From: Methylococcales bacterium
GTDB taxonomy: Bacteria > Pseudomonadota > Gammaproteobacteria > Methylococcales > UBA1147
Reading direction: 5' to 3'
DNA length: 34,197 nt
Assembly (NCBI GenBank): GCA_041748915.1
Contig: JBGTCG010000091.1
Span: 1 to 34,197 of the forward strand
Part shown: piece by piece, positions 1-8,065 of the stretch
Numbering within the stretch: the stretch's first letter is position 1
Layout of the letters: each line of letters starts with the position of its first letter
The notes under the pieces: model-generated
What the model was told of the DNA's origin: nothing
The model's input: only the letters and a program-made list of their open reading frames with translations
Database searches by the model: none
Translations under genes and position numbers: made by a program

Positions 1-2
1 CG

Positions 3-110
3 TACCCGAAAGGCATCAAGGTCTCCAACGATGAGTTCGCATCCATTCGCTTGGCTCGTGATGATTTTCATGGCGAATGGAATTACACCATTACGCCACA
101 CACTACATAA
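3..110 (+). mobile_element. 3' end of an ISAzo13-family (DDE_Tnp_ISAZ013-like) transposase gene, 5'-truncated by the window edge
   Basis: Frame 3 translates to YPKGIKVSNDEFASIRLARDDFHGEWNYTITPHTT* with a stop at 108-110. The ...FHGEWNYTI.P C-terminus is the characteristic tail of ISAzo13/Rhodopirellula-type transposases, recalled from memory and not searched. Confidence 0.5.
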
Positions 111-411
111 AAGTATATGTTATTAATTTATGGTTACTAAGCACCGCGACCACCCAACGCTTGGCACGCAACGTCCGCTTGGTTTTCGACTATCTACATA
201 GGACCCAAAACTCTTGCCGTAACTGCCCACAACCGCTCGCCTTCGCGAACTAGAACGCCTGCAATGAAAACCCGCAAGGGTTCTTCTACGCTCAAAGATA
301 CGGTATCATCCATGGGAAAGTTGTTCATTGAACTGCTTAGATACTCCGAGTAGCAGAGAATGATTGTGCCATCTTAATCTAATAAAAAACGTCCTGAATC
401 AGGAGTCAACT

Positions 412-1032
412 ATGTTCTCAGTAGCTACAGTAACCGCATTACTCTTCATCGTATTTCTGGCCGTATTGGGAGTCACGATCTGGATTGACAGCAAAAAGAC
501 CTATATTCTGCCACCCAAACTCAACTATCAGGACGGTGGTCAGGAAACCAGCGAAGAAAACGCCTCCGCCGAATTTAAGGCGAATACCAAAAACGGTGAT
601 CTGATCGCCAAGATTACCGCAAACGACACGGGAAAAGCGTCGGTTTGGTCCGCGCTCGGTTATGAATATGAAAACAAGGAAAGTGACGAAAAAAGCATCA
701 TTGTCGAGTTGACCTTCAAGTATCGTATTCACCTCGATACCGATAACGATCAATCTCCGGTCCGGGCAAAAATCGAATCCTTTTTGAACGCGAACCAGGT
801 GACCATAATCGAACGCAGCCTGACCGCACCCGCCGCCGCGGATACCAAGCAAAACGATGGTTTCGTGAACGGCACGCAGCGCCATATCGCCTCACTGAAA
901 GCCGGTGAAAACTTTAGGGCTTATCTTAAGATTTCGCTAGAGGCCGAACCCGGCGGCGGCGGTCATTGCCGCGGCGAGATTATCGCCAATCTGTCTGAAA
1001 TCTATTATCGACCGGAACTGAAACCCATGTGA
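412..1032 (+). CDS. hypothetical membrane-anchored protein with N-terminal TM/signal anchor and ~180-aa extracytoplasmic domain
   Basis: The ORF track starts at a TTG at 364. An in-frame ATG at 412 has an AGGAG 6 nt upstream. The N-terminus MFSVATVTALLFIVFLAVLGVTIW is hydrophobic. No recognisable family; Gly-run EPGGGGHC near the C-terminus. Confidence 0.6.
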   Translation: MFSVATVTALLFIVFLAVLGVTIWIDSKKTYILPPKLNYQDGGQETSEENASAEFKANTKNGDLIAKITANDTGKASVWSALGYEYENKESDEKSIIVELTFKYRIHLDTDNDQSPVRAKIESFLNANQVTIIERSLTAPAAADTKQNDGFVNGTQRHIASLKAGENFRAYLKISLEAEPGGGGHCRGEIIANLSEIYYRPELKPM

Positions 1033-1087
1033 GTCCATGAATGCCGGAACGCGGGGCGGGGCTGAAACGAGGTGGCCATTGCGGTGT

Positions 1088-1126
1088 GCGAATTTATTCC
1101 CATTCATTTTCCGCGAATAAATTCCC
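1088..1126. terminator. inverted repeat (GAATTTATTC ... GAATAAATTC, 10-bp arms) between convergent genes; possible bidirectional terminator or protein site
   Basis: Arms at 1091-1100 and 1117-1126 are perfect reverse complements. No clear U-tract follows. Confidence 0.25.
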
Positions 1127-1178
1127 TCCTACAAAAATATCTGAAACGCCCTCATCCGTGCTCGATTTCCGGGTTGTC

Positions 1179-1952
1179 TTACTGACCTTTAGAGCGGAAT
1201 AAATGCCCTGCGCGGATAAGATTCATAAGCGCTATCAGCATCAACAGGAAGGCCATTGCAAACCATTGAATGGCGTATGATGTGCTGCGTTCCGGATTCA
1301 TGTTCGGAACCGGCCAGTGTCGGTACAGGACGCCGGGCATCGTCTCATCCAGTCTGACCACGTACGGAAAAACCGCGGGCACGAAAAATCGGTCGATTTT
1401 TTCGATATTCAGATGATGCAGTCGCAATGGCCATACCCCATCCGGGACCGGTTCGTCCTCGAAAAAGGATCGGCCCGTCGGGACGTGAATCGCGCCGACC
1501 ACATGCAGTTCTCCGCCGGGGGTGTCCAATTCCGGAAGTGCGTTTCGATCGGGACCGAGCACAGTCCAGCCCCGGCTCACGATAATAATTTGATCGGTCG
1601 ATTTGAGCCTGAACGGGGTCAGCACTTCATAGCCCGGCTGCCCCAGGTAGAATCTATTGACCAAAAAAATCGAGCGCTCTGGCATGTAGCTTCCATGAAG
1701 GTAGACGCGTTGAAAATTATGGGAAGCCGAAGGGGATTCGAGCACTTCTTCAACGGCGACCGGTTTCGCGGAACGGCGCGCTTCGATCTCCTGCTGCTCG
1801 CGCTTTTTTTCGTCGGCCCGGTCGAGCTGCCAGAAACCAAGGGCCAATAGGATGCAGAACATTAACCCAACCGTGACTGCAGTTTTCATAAAACCATAAC
1901 GCGCAAAATAGGCGCCCTGCCGGTCAAACGATGCGCCACGGCGGATTACCAA
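1179..1952 (-). CDS. SURF1 family protein (cytochrome oxidase assembly factor)
   Basis: Has the N-terminal TM followed by W-Q (GFWQLDRADEKKRE) and the C-terminal TM (YAIQWFAMAFLLMLIALMNLI) typical of SURF1/Shy1. Alternative start at Met-22 (MKTAVTV, position 1889). Confidence 0.85.
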   Translation of the reverse strand: MVIRRGASFDRQGAYFARYGFMKTAVTVGLMFCILLALGFWQLDRADEKKREQQEIEARRSAKPVAVEEVLESPSASHNFQRVYLHGSYMPERSIFLVNRFYLGQPGYEVLTPFRLKSTDQIIIVSRGWTVLGPDRNALPELDTPGGELHVVGAIHVPTGRSFFEDEPVPDGVWPLRLHHLNIEKIDRFFVPAVFPYVVRLDETMPGVLYRHWPVPNMNPERSTSYAIQWFAMAFLLMLIALMNLIRAGHLFRSKGQ

Positions 1953-2060
1953 GCCTTTGGATGATGTCCTGATTAGGACGATGCTTCAGCGATGGCTCAA
2001 ATTACGTCGTTGCGGCAGGGATTACCGGAACCCAGCAGTCATTACACCCATGTAGTCTGG

Positions 2061-2085
2061 ATACCGGCAATCTGCCTGCCGGTAT
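2061..2085. terminator. 9-bp-stem hairpin (ATACCGGCA-N7-TGCCGGTAT) downstream of tpx and upstream of SURF1; no U-tract
   Basis: Perfect inverted repeat read directly from the sequence. Role uncertain: weak terminator or attenuator. Confidence 0.25.
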
Positions 2086-2192
2086 GACGTTGCCGCTAAA
2101 GCATCTTTATAATCAGGTTAGAGGTTGATTTTACCGGGTTCAACCGGCAGCCCTGAAATTCCCGAATCGATCGCCGGCGGAATGCGCGTACG

Positions 2193-2690
2193 TCAGCCCA
2201 ACGCCGCCAGAGCACGTTCGTAATCCGGCTCGTTCGATAATTCGCCGACCAGTTCGTTATAAGCAACCCGATTGTTCGGATCAAGGATCACAATTGCCCT
2301 GGCCGTTAAGCCTCGCAACGGTCCGTCAACCAGCGCGACGCCGTAATCGTTTGCGAAATTAGATCGAAATGCCGAAAGAGGGATCACGTCCTTGATGCCT
2401 TCCGACCCGCAAAATCGCGCCTGGGCGAAGGGCAGATCGGCGGAAATCACAAGAACCACGGTGTTCTCCAGCGGACTGGCTTTCTCATTGAACTTGCGCG
2501 TGGAAAGCGCGCAGGTCGGAGTATCCAGGCTCGGCACAATACTCAATATCTTCCGCTTACCCGCGAATTCCTGCAATGACACATCCGCCAATTTTCCATT
2601 TACCAGATGGAAATCCGGCGCCTGGGTACCAATCTCGGGCAGATTTCCGGACGTGTTGACCGGACTGCCCCGTAAAGTAATTTTGGCCAT
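2193..2690 (-). CDS. tpx: thiol peroxidase Tpx (atypical 2-Cys peroxiredoxin)
   Basis: Near full-length collinear similarity to E. coli Tpx as recalled: [49 protein letters not shown]. Confidence 0.93.
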   Translation of the reverse strand: MAKITLRGSPVNTSGNLPEIGTQAPDFHLVNGKLADVSLQEFAGKRKILSIVPSLDTPTCALSTRKFNEKASPLENTVVLVISADLPFAQARFCGSEGIKDVIPLSAFRSNFANDYGVALVDGPLRGLTARAIVILDPNNRVAYNELVGELSNEPDYERALAALG

Positions 2691-2917
2691 AATCAGAGCG
2701 AAAAAAGGATTAAAGGGATTCCCTGTTCATCCGGAAACACTCGTCCCTGTGAGGATTCCCTGGCCAAACCGGAAATCGATTTCCCGGTTCATTGCATTTT
2801 CAATAACGGACACCATTGAAAACGCCGGCTCGTCCTGAGCCGCGCTATCCGAAAGAACGTTAACTATAACACCACCCGGCAGAAAAGCCGACCACGCTTG
2901 CAGAAATCCACCGGAGT

Positions 2918-2996
2918 CGTTAGGGTAACGCTGAATAAATCCAGCCTGGATTTCTCAGCGGTCGGCAACCTTGCCAATCCGATTGGCAGGGTTGCC
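2918..2996 (-). repeat. copy A of a ~80-bp structured intergenic repeat family (reverse orientation relative to copies B and C)
   Basis: The reverse complement aligns about 70/79 with copy B (28247-28325). It contains the GGCAACC..GCC-AATCSGATT-GGC..GGTTGCC hairpin and the AAATCCAG-N-CTGGATTT hairpin. Confidence 0.8.
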
Positions 2997-3138
2997 TCAC
3001 AAAATCACACGCTTACAGCGTTCGATTTTGGCAGCGCATCCCTGCATGCGGGAAGTTCTGATTTAATCAGAACTTCCTTTGCGGCTGAGGGGAGCCAGGA
3101 CGGCAAAACGCGGATGGTCTTTGGAGACCCCACTCTGT

Positions 3139-4809
3139 TCAATTCAGCCGCGGAACCGAGTCCAGCAGTTTACGGGTATATTCGTGTTCCGGGGAATGCA
3201 GAACCCGGGCGGCTGGCCCCAGTTCGACGATTTTACCCTGATACATCACGGCCACCTCGTCCGCCATCTCCGCAACCACCGCGAGATTGTGACTGATAAA
3301 CAGATAGCTCAGGTTTTCTGTTTCCTGCAGGTTCTTGAGCAGTGCGATAATCTGCGCTTGAATCGAAACATCGAGCGAACTGGTGGGTTCGTCGCAAATG
3401 ATCAGTTTAGGCCGCACCGCGAGAGCCCTGGCGATGCAGATTCGCTGCCTCTGGCCACCGGAGAATTCATGCGGAAATCGATATCCGGCATCGGCCGGCA
3501 GCCCGACCTTGCCGAGTAGTTCCGTTACGCTGTTCCGGCGTTGTTTTTCGTTGACTTGCGGATGTAAGGCCAGGATCCCTTCGCCGATCACTTCACCGAC
3601 GGGCATTCGGGGATTCATTGACGAAAACGGGTCCTGAAATACCAGTTGCATTTCCACCCTCTTTTGCCTGAGCCGAACCGCCGGCAAATCGGCGAGATTT
3701 TCTCCCCTGAACCATACTTCCCCGCCGGTCGCGGGAACCAGACGCAAAATCGCCTTGCCGAGCGTTGTCTTGCCGCATCCGGACTCCCCGACCAGCGCCA
3801 GGGTGCGCCCGACCCCGAGTTGAAAACTTACTCCGTCCACCGCTCTGACATGGTCCGCCACCCGCTTGAATAAACCCGTTCGAACCGGGTAATAAACCTT
3901 GAAGTCTCTGACGTCGAGGAGATTGCCATCTTCAGCGGGACGTGATTCACGCACATGATCAATCGACGGCAGTGCGGCGAACAGCTTTTTGGTATAGGGA
4001 TGGCGCGCCCCGGAAAAAAATGCGTGTTGTGTGGACGATTCCAGAATGGCCCCATTCTGCATCACCGCAACCGTATCGGCCATTTCCCGGACCACCCCGA
4101 AATCGTGGGTGATCAGCCACAGCGACATACCCCGTTCAACCTGGATTTTTTTGAGTAATTTCAGGATCTGCGCTTGGATCGTCACGTCGAGCGCTGTGGT
4201 CGGCTCGTCCGCGATCAGCAAATCCGGTTTGTTGGCCAGCGCCATCGCAATGACCGCGCGCTGGCATTGGCCGCCCGACAATTGATGCGGATATTCACCA
4301 TACCGCCGCGCGCTCGCCGGAATTTCGACCTGATTCATGAGATCAATGACTTCGGCTTTCAGTTCGCTGCGGCTCAGTCTGGAACCGCCCGCAATCGCCT
4401 CCGCAATCTGGTCGCCGATTCTCATGACCGGATTCAGGGACGTCATCGGATCCTGAAAAACGATCCCGATCCTACGGCCCCGGACTTTTCGCATTTCCAG
4501 TTCGGGCAAGCGCAGCAAATCCTGGCGTCCGAGCACTACGCTGCCGGCTTCGATTCTTGCTCCCGGCGGCAGCAATCTCAGCACCGACAGGGCTGCGATC
4601 GATTTTCCCGAACCGGATTCTCCGATCAACGCAAAGGTTTCATTGGCGCGGATTTCAAAATGGATGCTATTGACCGCGGCCAGCGCGGCCGCACCGGAGC
4701 CGAAGCAAGTCTTTAACGCTCTGACCGCCAACACGACCCGTTCCGTCGGTTCGACCGGCCGATCCCGGGCGGCGTCACTATAGGGCAATGGGCGGCTTTG
4801 TTTGGGCAT
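3139..4809 (-). CDS. yejF: ABC transporter ATP-binding protein with two fused ATPase domains (YejF/DppDF-like; peptide/microcin C-type importer ATPase)
   Basis: Two complete Walker A (GESGSGKS, GESGCGKT), LSGGQ and Walker B/D-loop sets in one 556-aa polypeptide. It is the last gene of the minus-strand transporter operon. Confidence 0.88.
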   Translation of the reverse strand: MPKQSRPLPYSDAARDRPVEPTERVVLAVRALKTCFGSGAAALAAVNSIHFEIRANETFALIGESGSGKSIAALSVLRLLPPGARIEAGSVVLGRQDLLRLPELEMRKVRGRRIGIVFQDPMTSLNPVMRIGDQIAEAIAGGSRLSRSELKAEVIDLMNQVEIPASARRYGEYPHQLSGGQCQRAVIAMALANKPDLLIADEPTTALDVTIQAQILKLLKKIQVERGMSLWLITHDFGVVREMADTVAVMQNGAILESSTQHAFFSGARHPYTKKLFAALPSIDHVRESRPAEDGNLLDVRDFKVYYPVRTGLFKRVADHVRAVDGVSFQLGVGRTLALVGESGCGKTTLGKAILRLVPATGGEVWFRGENLADLPAVRLRQKRVEMQLVFQDPFSSMNPRMPVGEVIGEGILALHPQVNEKQRRNSVTELLGKVGLPADAGYRFPHEFSGGQRQRICIARALAVRPKLIICDEPTSSLDVSIQAQIIALLKNLQETENLSYLFISHNLAVVAEMADEVAVMYQGKIVELGPAARVLHSPEHEYTRKLLDSVPRLN

Positions 4810-4815
4810 CTGGAT

Positions 4816-5667
4816 CTACGCTTCTCTTGGATCGTCGAAAAGATCGCAAACGGCCTCCAGTCCGCTTCGATTCAGCCGGATATCGGCCGCTTTCTGCACG
4901 GCGGGTTTAGCATGGTACGCGACGCTGAGCCCTGCCATTGACATCATTTCCAGGTCATTCGCGCCGTCCCCGATAGCAATCGCCTGCTCCGGATCAATCG
5001 ACAGACGCTTACAAGTTTCGAGCAAAAATTCGGCCTTCCCGGAAGCATCCATGAGTTTTCCCTGTATCCGCCCGGTCAGCCTGCCGTCAACCACTTCAAG
5101 AAGATTGGCTCTGCTCGCATACAGCGCGAAACGCTTCTCGAGCCGGTCGGTGAAATAGGTGAACCCGCCCGAAACCAGCGCAAAAGGTATCCCGCGGATT
5201 CGCAGTTCCTCGAGTAAAATGTCCGCGCCGCGATTGAGGCGTAATCGTTGTTGGTAAACTTCTTCGAGCTTTTCCACGGGCAGCCCCTGCAACAGAGCCA
5301 CGCGCTCGCGAAGCGCGCTTGGAAAATCGAGGTCTCCGCGCATCGCGGATTCGGTAATCGCGGCGACCTGGGGCTTGATCCCGAGCATATCCGCAATTTC
5401 GTCGATACATTCGATCGTTATAAAGGTCGAGTCCATATCGCTGACAACCAGCCTGATCCGGTCCGCGGCAAAGTGCTCGGGAATCACATTGATATCGAAT
5501 CCCAAGCGGTTCCCGAGGGCTTCGATGGCCTCCCGACTAACCGTTTTTGCGTGAAAAATTTGCGCGCTGTTCCGGCGCCGGACCAATTTTCCGCCTGTGG
5601 CCGCAAGTATCCGGCAGGCGTCAGCGCCGCTCAACGGCCCGCCATGCAGACACAGGCGACAGGTCAT
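4816..5667 (-). CDS. serB: phosphoserine phosphatase SerB (HAD superfamily)
   Basis: Motif I is DMDSTFITIECIDEIA. SGGFTYF and GDGANDLEMMSMAGLSVAYHAKP are collinear with E. coli SerB. The start overlaps the yejE stop by 4 nt, and the stop lies 6 nt before the yejF start. Confidence 0.85.
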   Translation of the reverse strand: MTCRLCLHGGPLSGADACRILAATGGKLVRRRNSAQIFHAKTVSREAIEALGNRLGFDINVIPEHFAADRIRLVVSDMDSTFITIECIDEIADMLGIKPQVAAITESAMRGDLDFPSALRERVALLQGLPVEKLEEVYQQRLRLNRGADILLEELRIRGIPFALVSGGFTYFTDRLEKRFALYASRANLLEVVDGRLTGRIQGKLMDASGKAEFLLETCKRLSIDPEQAIAIGDGANDLEMMSMAGLSVAYHAKPAVQKAADIRLNRSGLEAVCDLFDDPREA

Positions 5668-7076
5668 AAATGCAGATAGTTCATGCGCGGATCAAACGCA
5701 TCGCGTACCGCATCGGCGAACAGGTTGGCGGCAAGAACCAGCGTGAACATGAACACGAAGGCCGCCGCGAGCGACCACCAGACCACCGGCTCACGCGCCA
5801 TTTCCAGCCGCGCGCTGTTAATCATGTTGCCCCAGCTGTTGGTGGTCGGATCGACGCCAATATTCACGTAAGAAAGCACCGCTTCGGCCAGCACCAGTCC
5901 GCTGAAATCGAGTACAACCGTGATCAACACAATATGAAAAACATTCGGAAGAATGTGCCGGATCAGGATCATGTGGTCTTTCACGCCCAGCGTCAGCGCG
6001 GCTTGAACATATTCCATTTCCCGCAGCTTCAGCGTTTCCGCCCGCAGCAGACGGCACAGGCCCGTCCAACTGGTAATCCCCAGAATCAGGCACAGGAACA
6101 GCAGCCGGGTGTCCGCGCGCACCGCGATGGTATTAAAGTTTTCTTCATGCTTCGCCATATACACCTGAACGACCAGGATCGACGCGGCAATCAGGAGCAC
6201 GCCCGGAATTGAATTCAATGTCGTATACAGATATTGAATGATGTCATCGATCCAGCCCCGGTAATAACCGGCAAGAATTCCGAGCGATAACGCAAACGGC
6301 AGCATGATCAGCGTGGTCACGGTTCCGATTACGAGGCCGGTCCGAACGCTTTTCAGGCTCTGATAGAGGACATCCTGACCGACTTTATCGGTTCCGAATA
6401 CGTGATACTTTAAACTCAGATCGGCGACAGCCCAGGAAACGCACAGCATCAGGGTGAGTGTCACCATCATCGCGCGCCACGGGACCTCGGTTTGAGCTTT
6501 GCTAATCTCGGTAATATTTTCCCGGATCCTATCAGTATTCAAACTTCGCGAACGGATCGCGCACAGGCCGATCCCGATCAGCGCGGCCGCCAACAGGCCC
6601 TTGACCGTTCCGAACGAAGCGGTGGTCAATAGATCGGCTACCCGCTCCTGTTCCGGATCGTCAAGATGCGCGCCGCCATGGCGCAAGCGCGGGTAGCCCC
6701 ACGCTTTGGAGCTGTCCTCCTGGAGCATGAGTTCGCGGGCATAAAGTTGGACCGCAAACGGAGCGGAATAGGTTTTTTCGTCGCTCGCTCGAAGCGGGGC
6801 CGCCCACCAGTCAAAAAGGCTGAGCGGTTCGCTATCGAATTGCTGTTCCTGGCCGGTGCTTCCGCTGCCAGCGAATCGGAAATGGATCGTATCGAGCAGC
6901 CCGACCACAAAAAATCCAAGCAGAACCACCAGGGAAACCATTCCCGTCCGGCTGCGGGCGACCTTGCGCCAGGGCCGCCGCAGCAGTTCGTTGCCGGCGA
7001 TCCTGAACCCGAGCAGAAGGCCGATCGCGATCAGCAGAAAGATCAGCATATCGGTCCAGAAGAAAACCGGAATCAT
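5664..7076 (-). CDS. yejE: ABC transporter permease, OppC/DppC/YejE family, with an extended N-terminal region
   Basis: Multi-TM protein carrying the binding-protein-dependent transport EAA-like loop region. Its 470 aa is longer than E. coli YejE because of a ~130-aa N-terminal extension. Confidence 0.82.
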   Translation of the reverse strand: MIPVFFWTDMLIFLLIAIGLLLGFRIAGNELLRRPWRKVARSRTGMVSLVVLLGFFVVGLLDTIHFRFAGSGSTGQEQQFDSEPLSLFDWWAAPLRASDEKTYSAPFAVQLYARELMLQEDSSKAWGYPRLRHGGAHLDDPEQERVADLLTTASFGTVKGLLAAALIGIGLCAIRSRSLNTDRIRENITEISKAQTEVPWRAMMVTLTLMLCVSWAVADLSLKYHVFGTDKVGQDVLYQSLKSVRTGLVIGTVTTLIMLPFALSLGILAGYYRGWIDDIIQYLYTTLNSIPGVLLIAASILVVQVYMAKHEENFNTIAVRADTRLLFLCLILGITSWTGLCRLLRAETLKLREMEYVQAALTLGVKDHMILIRHILPNVFHIVLITVVLDFSGLVLAEAVLSYVNIGVDPTTNSWGNMINSARLEMAREPVVWWSLAAAFVFMFTLVLAANLFADAVRDAFDPRMNYLHL

Positions 7077-7083
7077 GGGCGTT

Positions 7084-8061
7084 TCAGGACAATCGAATCC
7101 GCGGATCGACCAGCGTGTAGGAAATATCGGTCAGCAACAGACCGAGGATATAAAGCGCCGAACCGAGGAAAACCATTGACCTCACAATGGCGAAATCCTG
7201 CGCGCTGATCGCATCGATGGTATAACTGCCAAGCCCGGGAATGCTGAAAAACGATTCCGTGATCAGGCTTCCCATGAACAGGGTCGGTAAGACGACCACG
7301 ACACCGGTCAAAATCGGAATCAGCGCATTCTGTAAAACATGCGTGAACAACACCCGCGGTTCGGACAATCCCTTTGCTCGGGCGGTCCGCACATAATCTT
7401 TCTCGACCTCCTCGAGAAACAAAATGCGGTACCATCGCGTGCCCGATCCGAGACCCGAAACGACGCCGGTAAGGACCGGCAGAACCATGAATTTGACGGC
7501 GTTCAGGCCCGTGTCATAGCCGGAAATCGGCACCAATTGAAGAAATTTACCGACCACGAACTGACCGAAAATAATATAAAAAAGCGTGGATACCGACATC
7601 ATGATCACGCACAGAATCCCGCCCCAGGTTTCAAAATAGGTCGAGCGGAAGAATACCATCATGACCGCAAAGCTGATGTTTGCGATCAGCCCGAATAGCA
7701 GGGAAGGAACCGCGATTGCGAGGCTTGGCCACATGCGCTGATAAATATCGGAACCGATATTGCGCCCGCTGTCCGAACGGCCGAACCGGAAAAGAAACAA
7801 CCCGATCGACTTGCTGTAAAAAATGGTTTCCGTGATTTTTCCGGAGCCGTGTGCCTCCTCGTTCCAGAGCAAGGGCAAATCGTAGCCATGCTGCTCTTTC
7901 CACTGCTGCACCGCTTCATCGGTTACACGTTTCTCGCCCAGTTGCATGCGCGCCATGTCGTCCGGCGTGTTGACCACAAAGAACAGCAGAAAGGTCAGAA
8001 TATTCACACCGAGCAGCAGCGGAAACGCGTATAAAATACGGCGGATGATGTAATAAGTCAC
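7084..8061 (-). CDS. yejB: ABC transporter permease, OppB/DppB/YejB family
   Basis: Six-TM permease with a conserved N-terminus MTYYIIRRILYAFPLLLGVNILTFLLF typical of OppB-family proteins. It sits 5 nt downstream of the SBP gene. Confidence 0.86.
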   Translation of the reverse strand: MTYYIIRRILYAFPLLLGVNILTFLLFFVVNTPDDMARMQLGEKRVTDEAVQQWKEQHGYDLPLLWNEEAHGSGKITETIFYSKSIGLFLFRFGRSDSGRNIGSDIYQRMWPSLAIAVPSLLFGLIANISFAVMMVFFRSTYFETWGGILCVIMMSVSTLFYIIFGQFVVGKFLQLVPISGYDTGLNAVKFMVLPVLTGVVSGLGSGTRWYRILFLEEVEKDYVRTARAKGLSEPRVLFTHVLQNALIPILTGVVVVLPTLFMGSLITESFFSIPGLGSYTIDAISAQDFAIVRSMVFLGSALYILGLLLTDISYTLVDPRIRLS

Positions 8062-8065
8062 CGAT

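Noticed and set aside
364-411. ORF-track start at 364 for the first gene
   Set aside because: Position 364 is a TTG with no RBS. An in-frame ATG at 412 with AGGAG 6 nt upstream is a much better start.
1086-1130. Shared 11-mer GCGAATTTATT plus a CCCTCC-A-run, seen both here and at 30786-30820
   Set aside because: An 11-mer match is expected by chance many times in 34 kb, and the additional similarity is too short to call a repeat family.
3383-4716. Multiple 60-180-aa ORFs on the plus strand inside yejF, and similar antisense ORFs inside yejE, yejB, yejA, the kinase and fadD
   Set aside because: They are antisense to strongly supported genes, Arg/Pro-rich, and lack RBSs. Typical GC-driven spurious frames.
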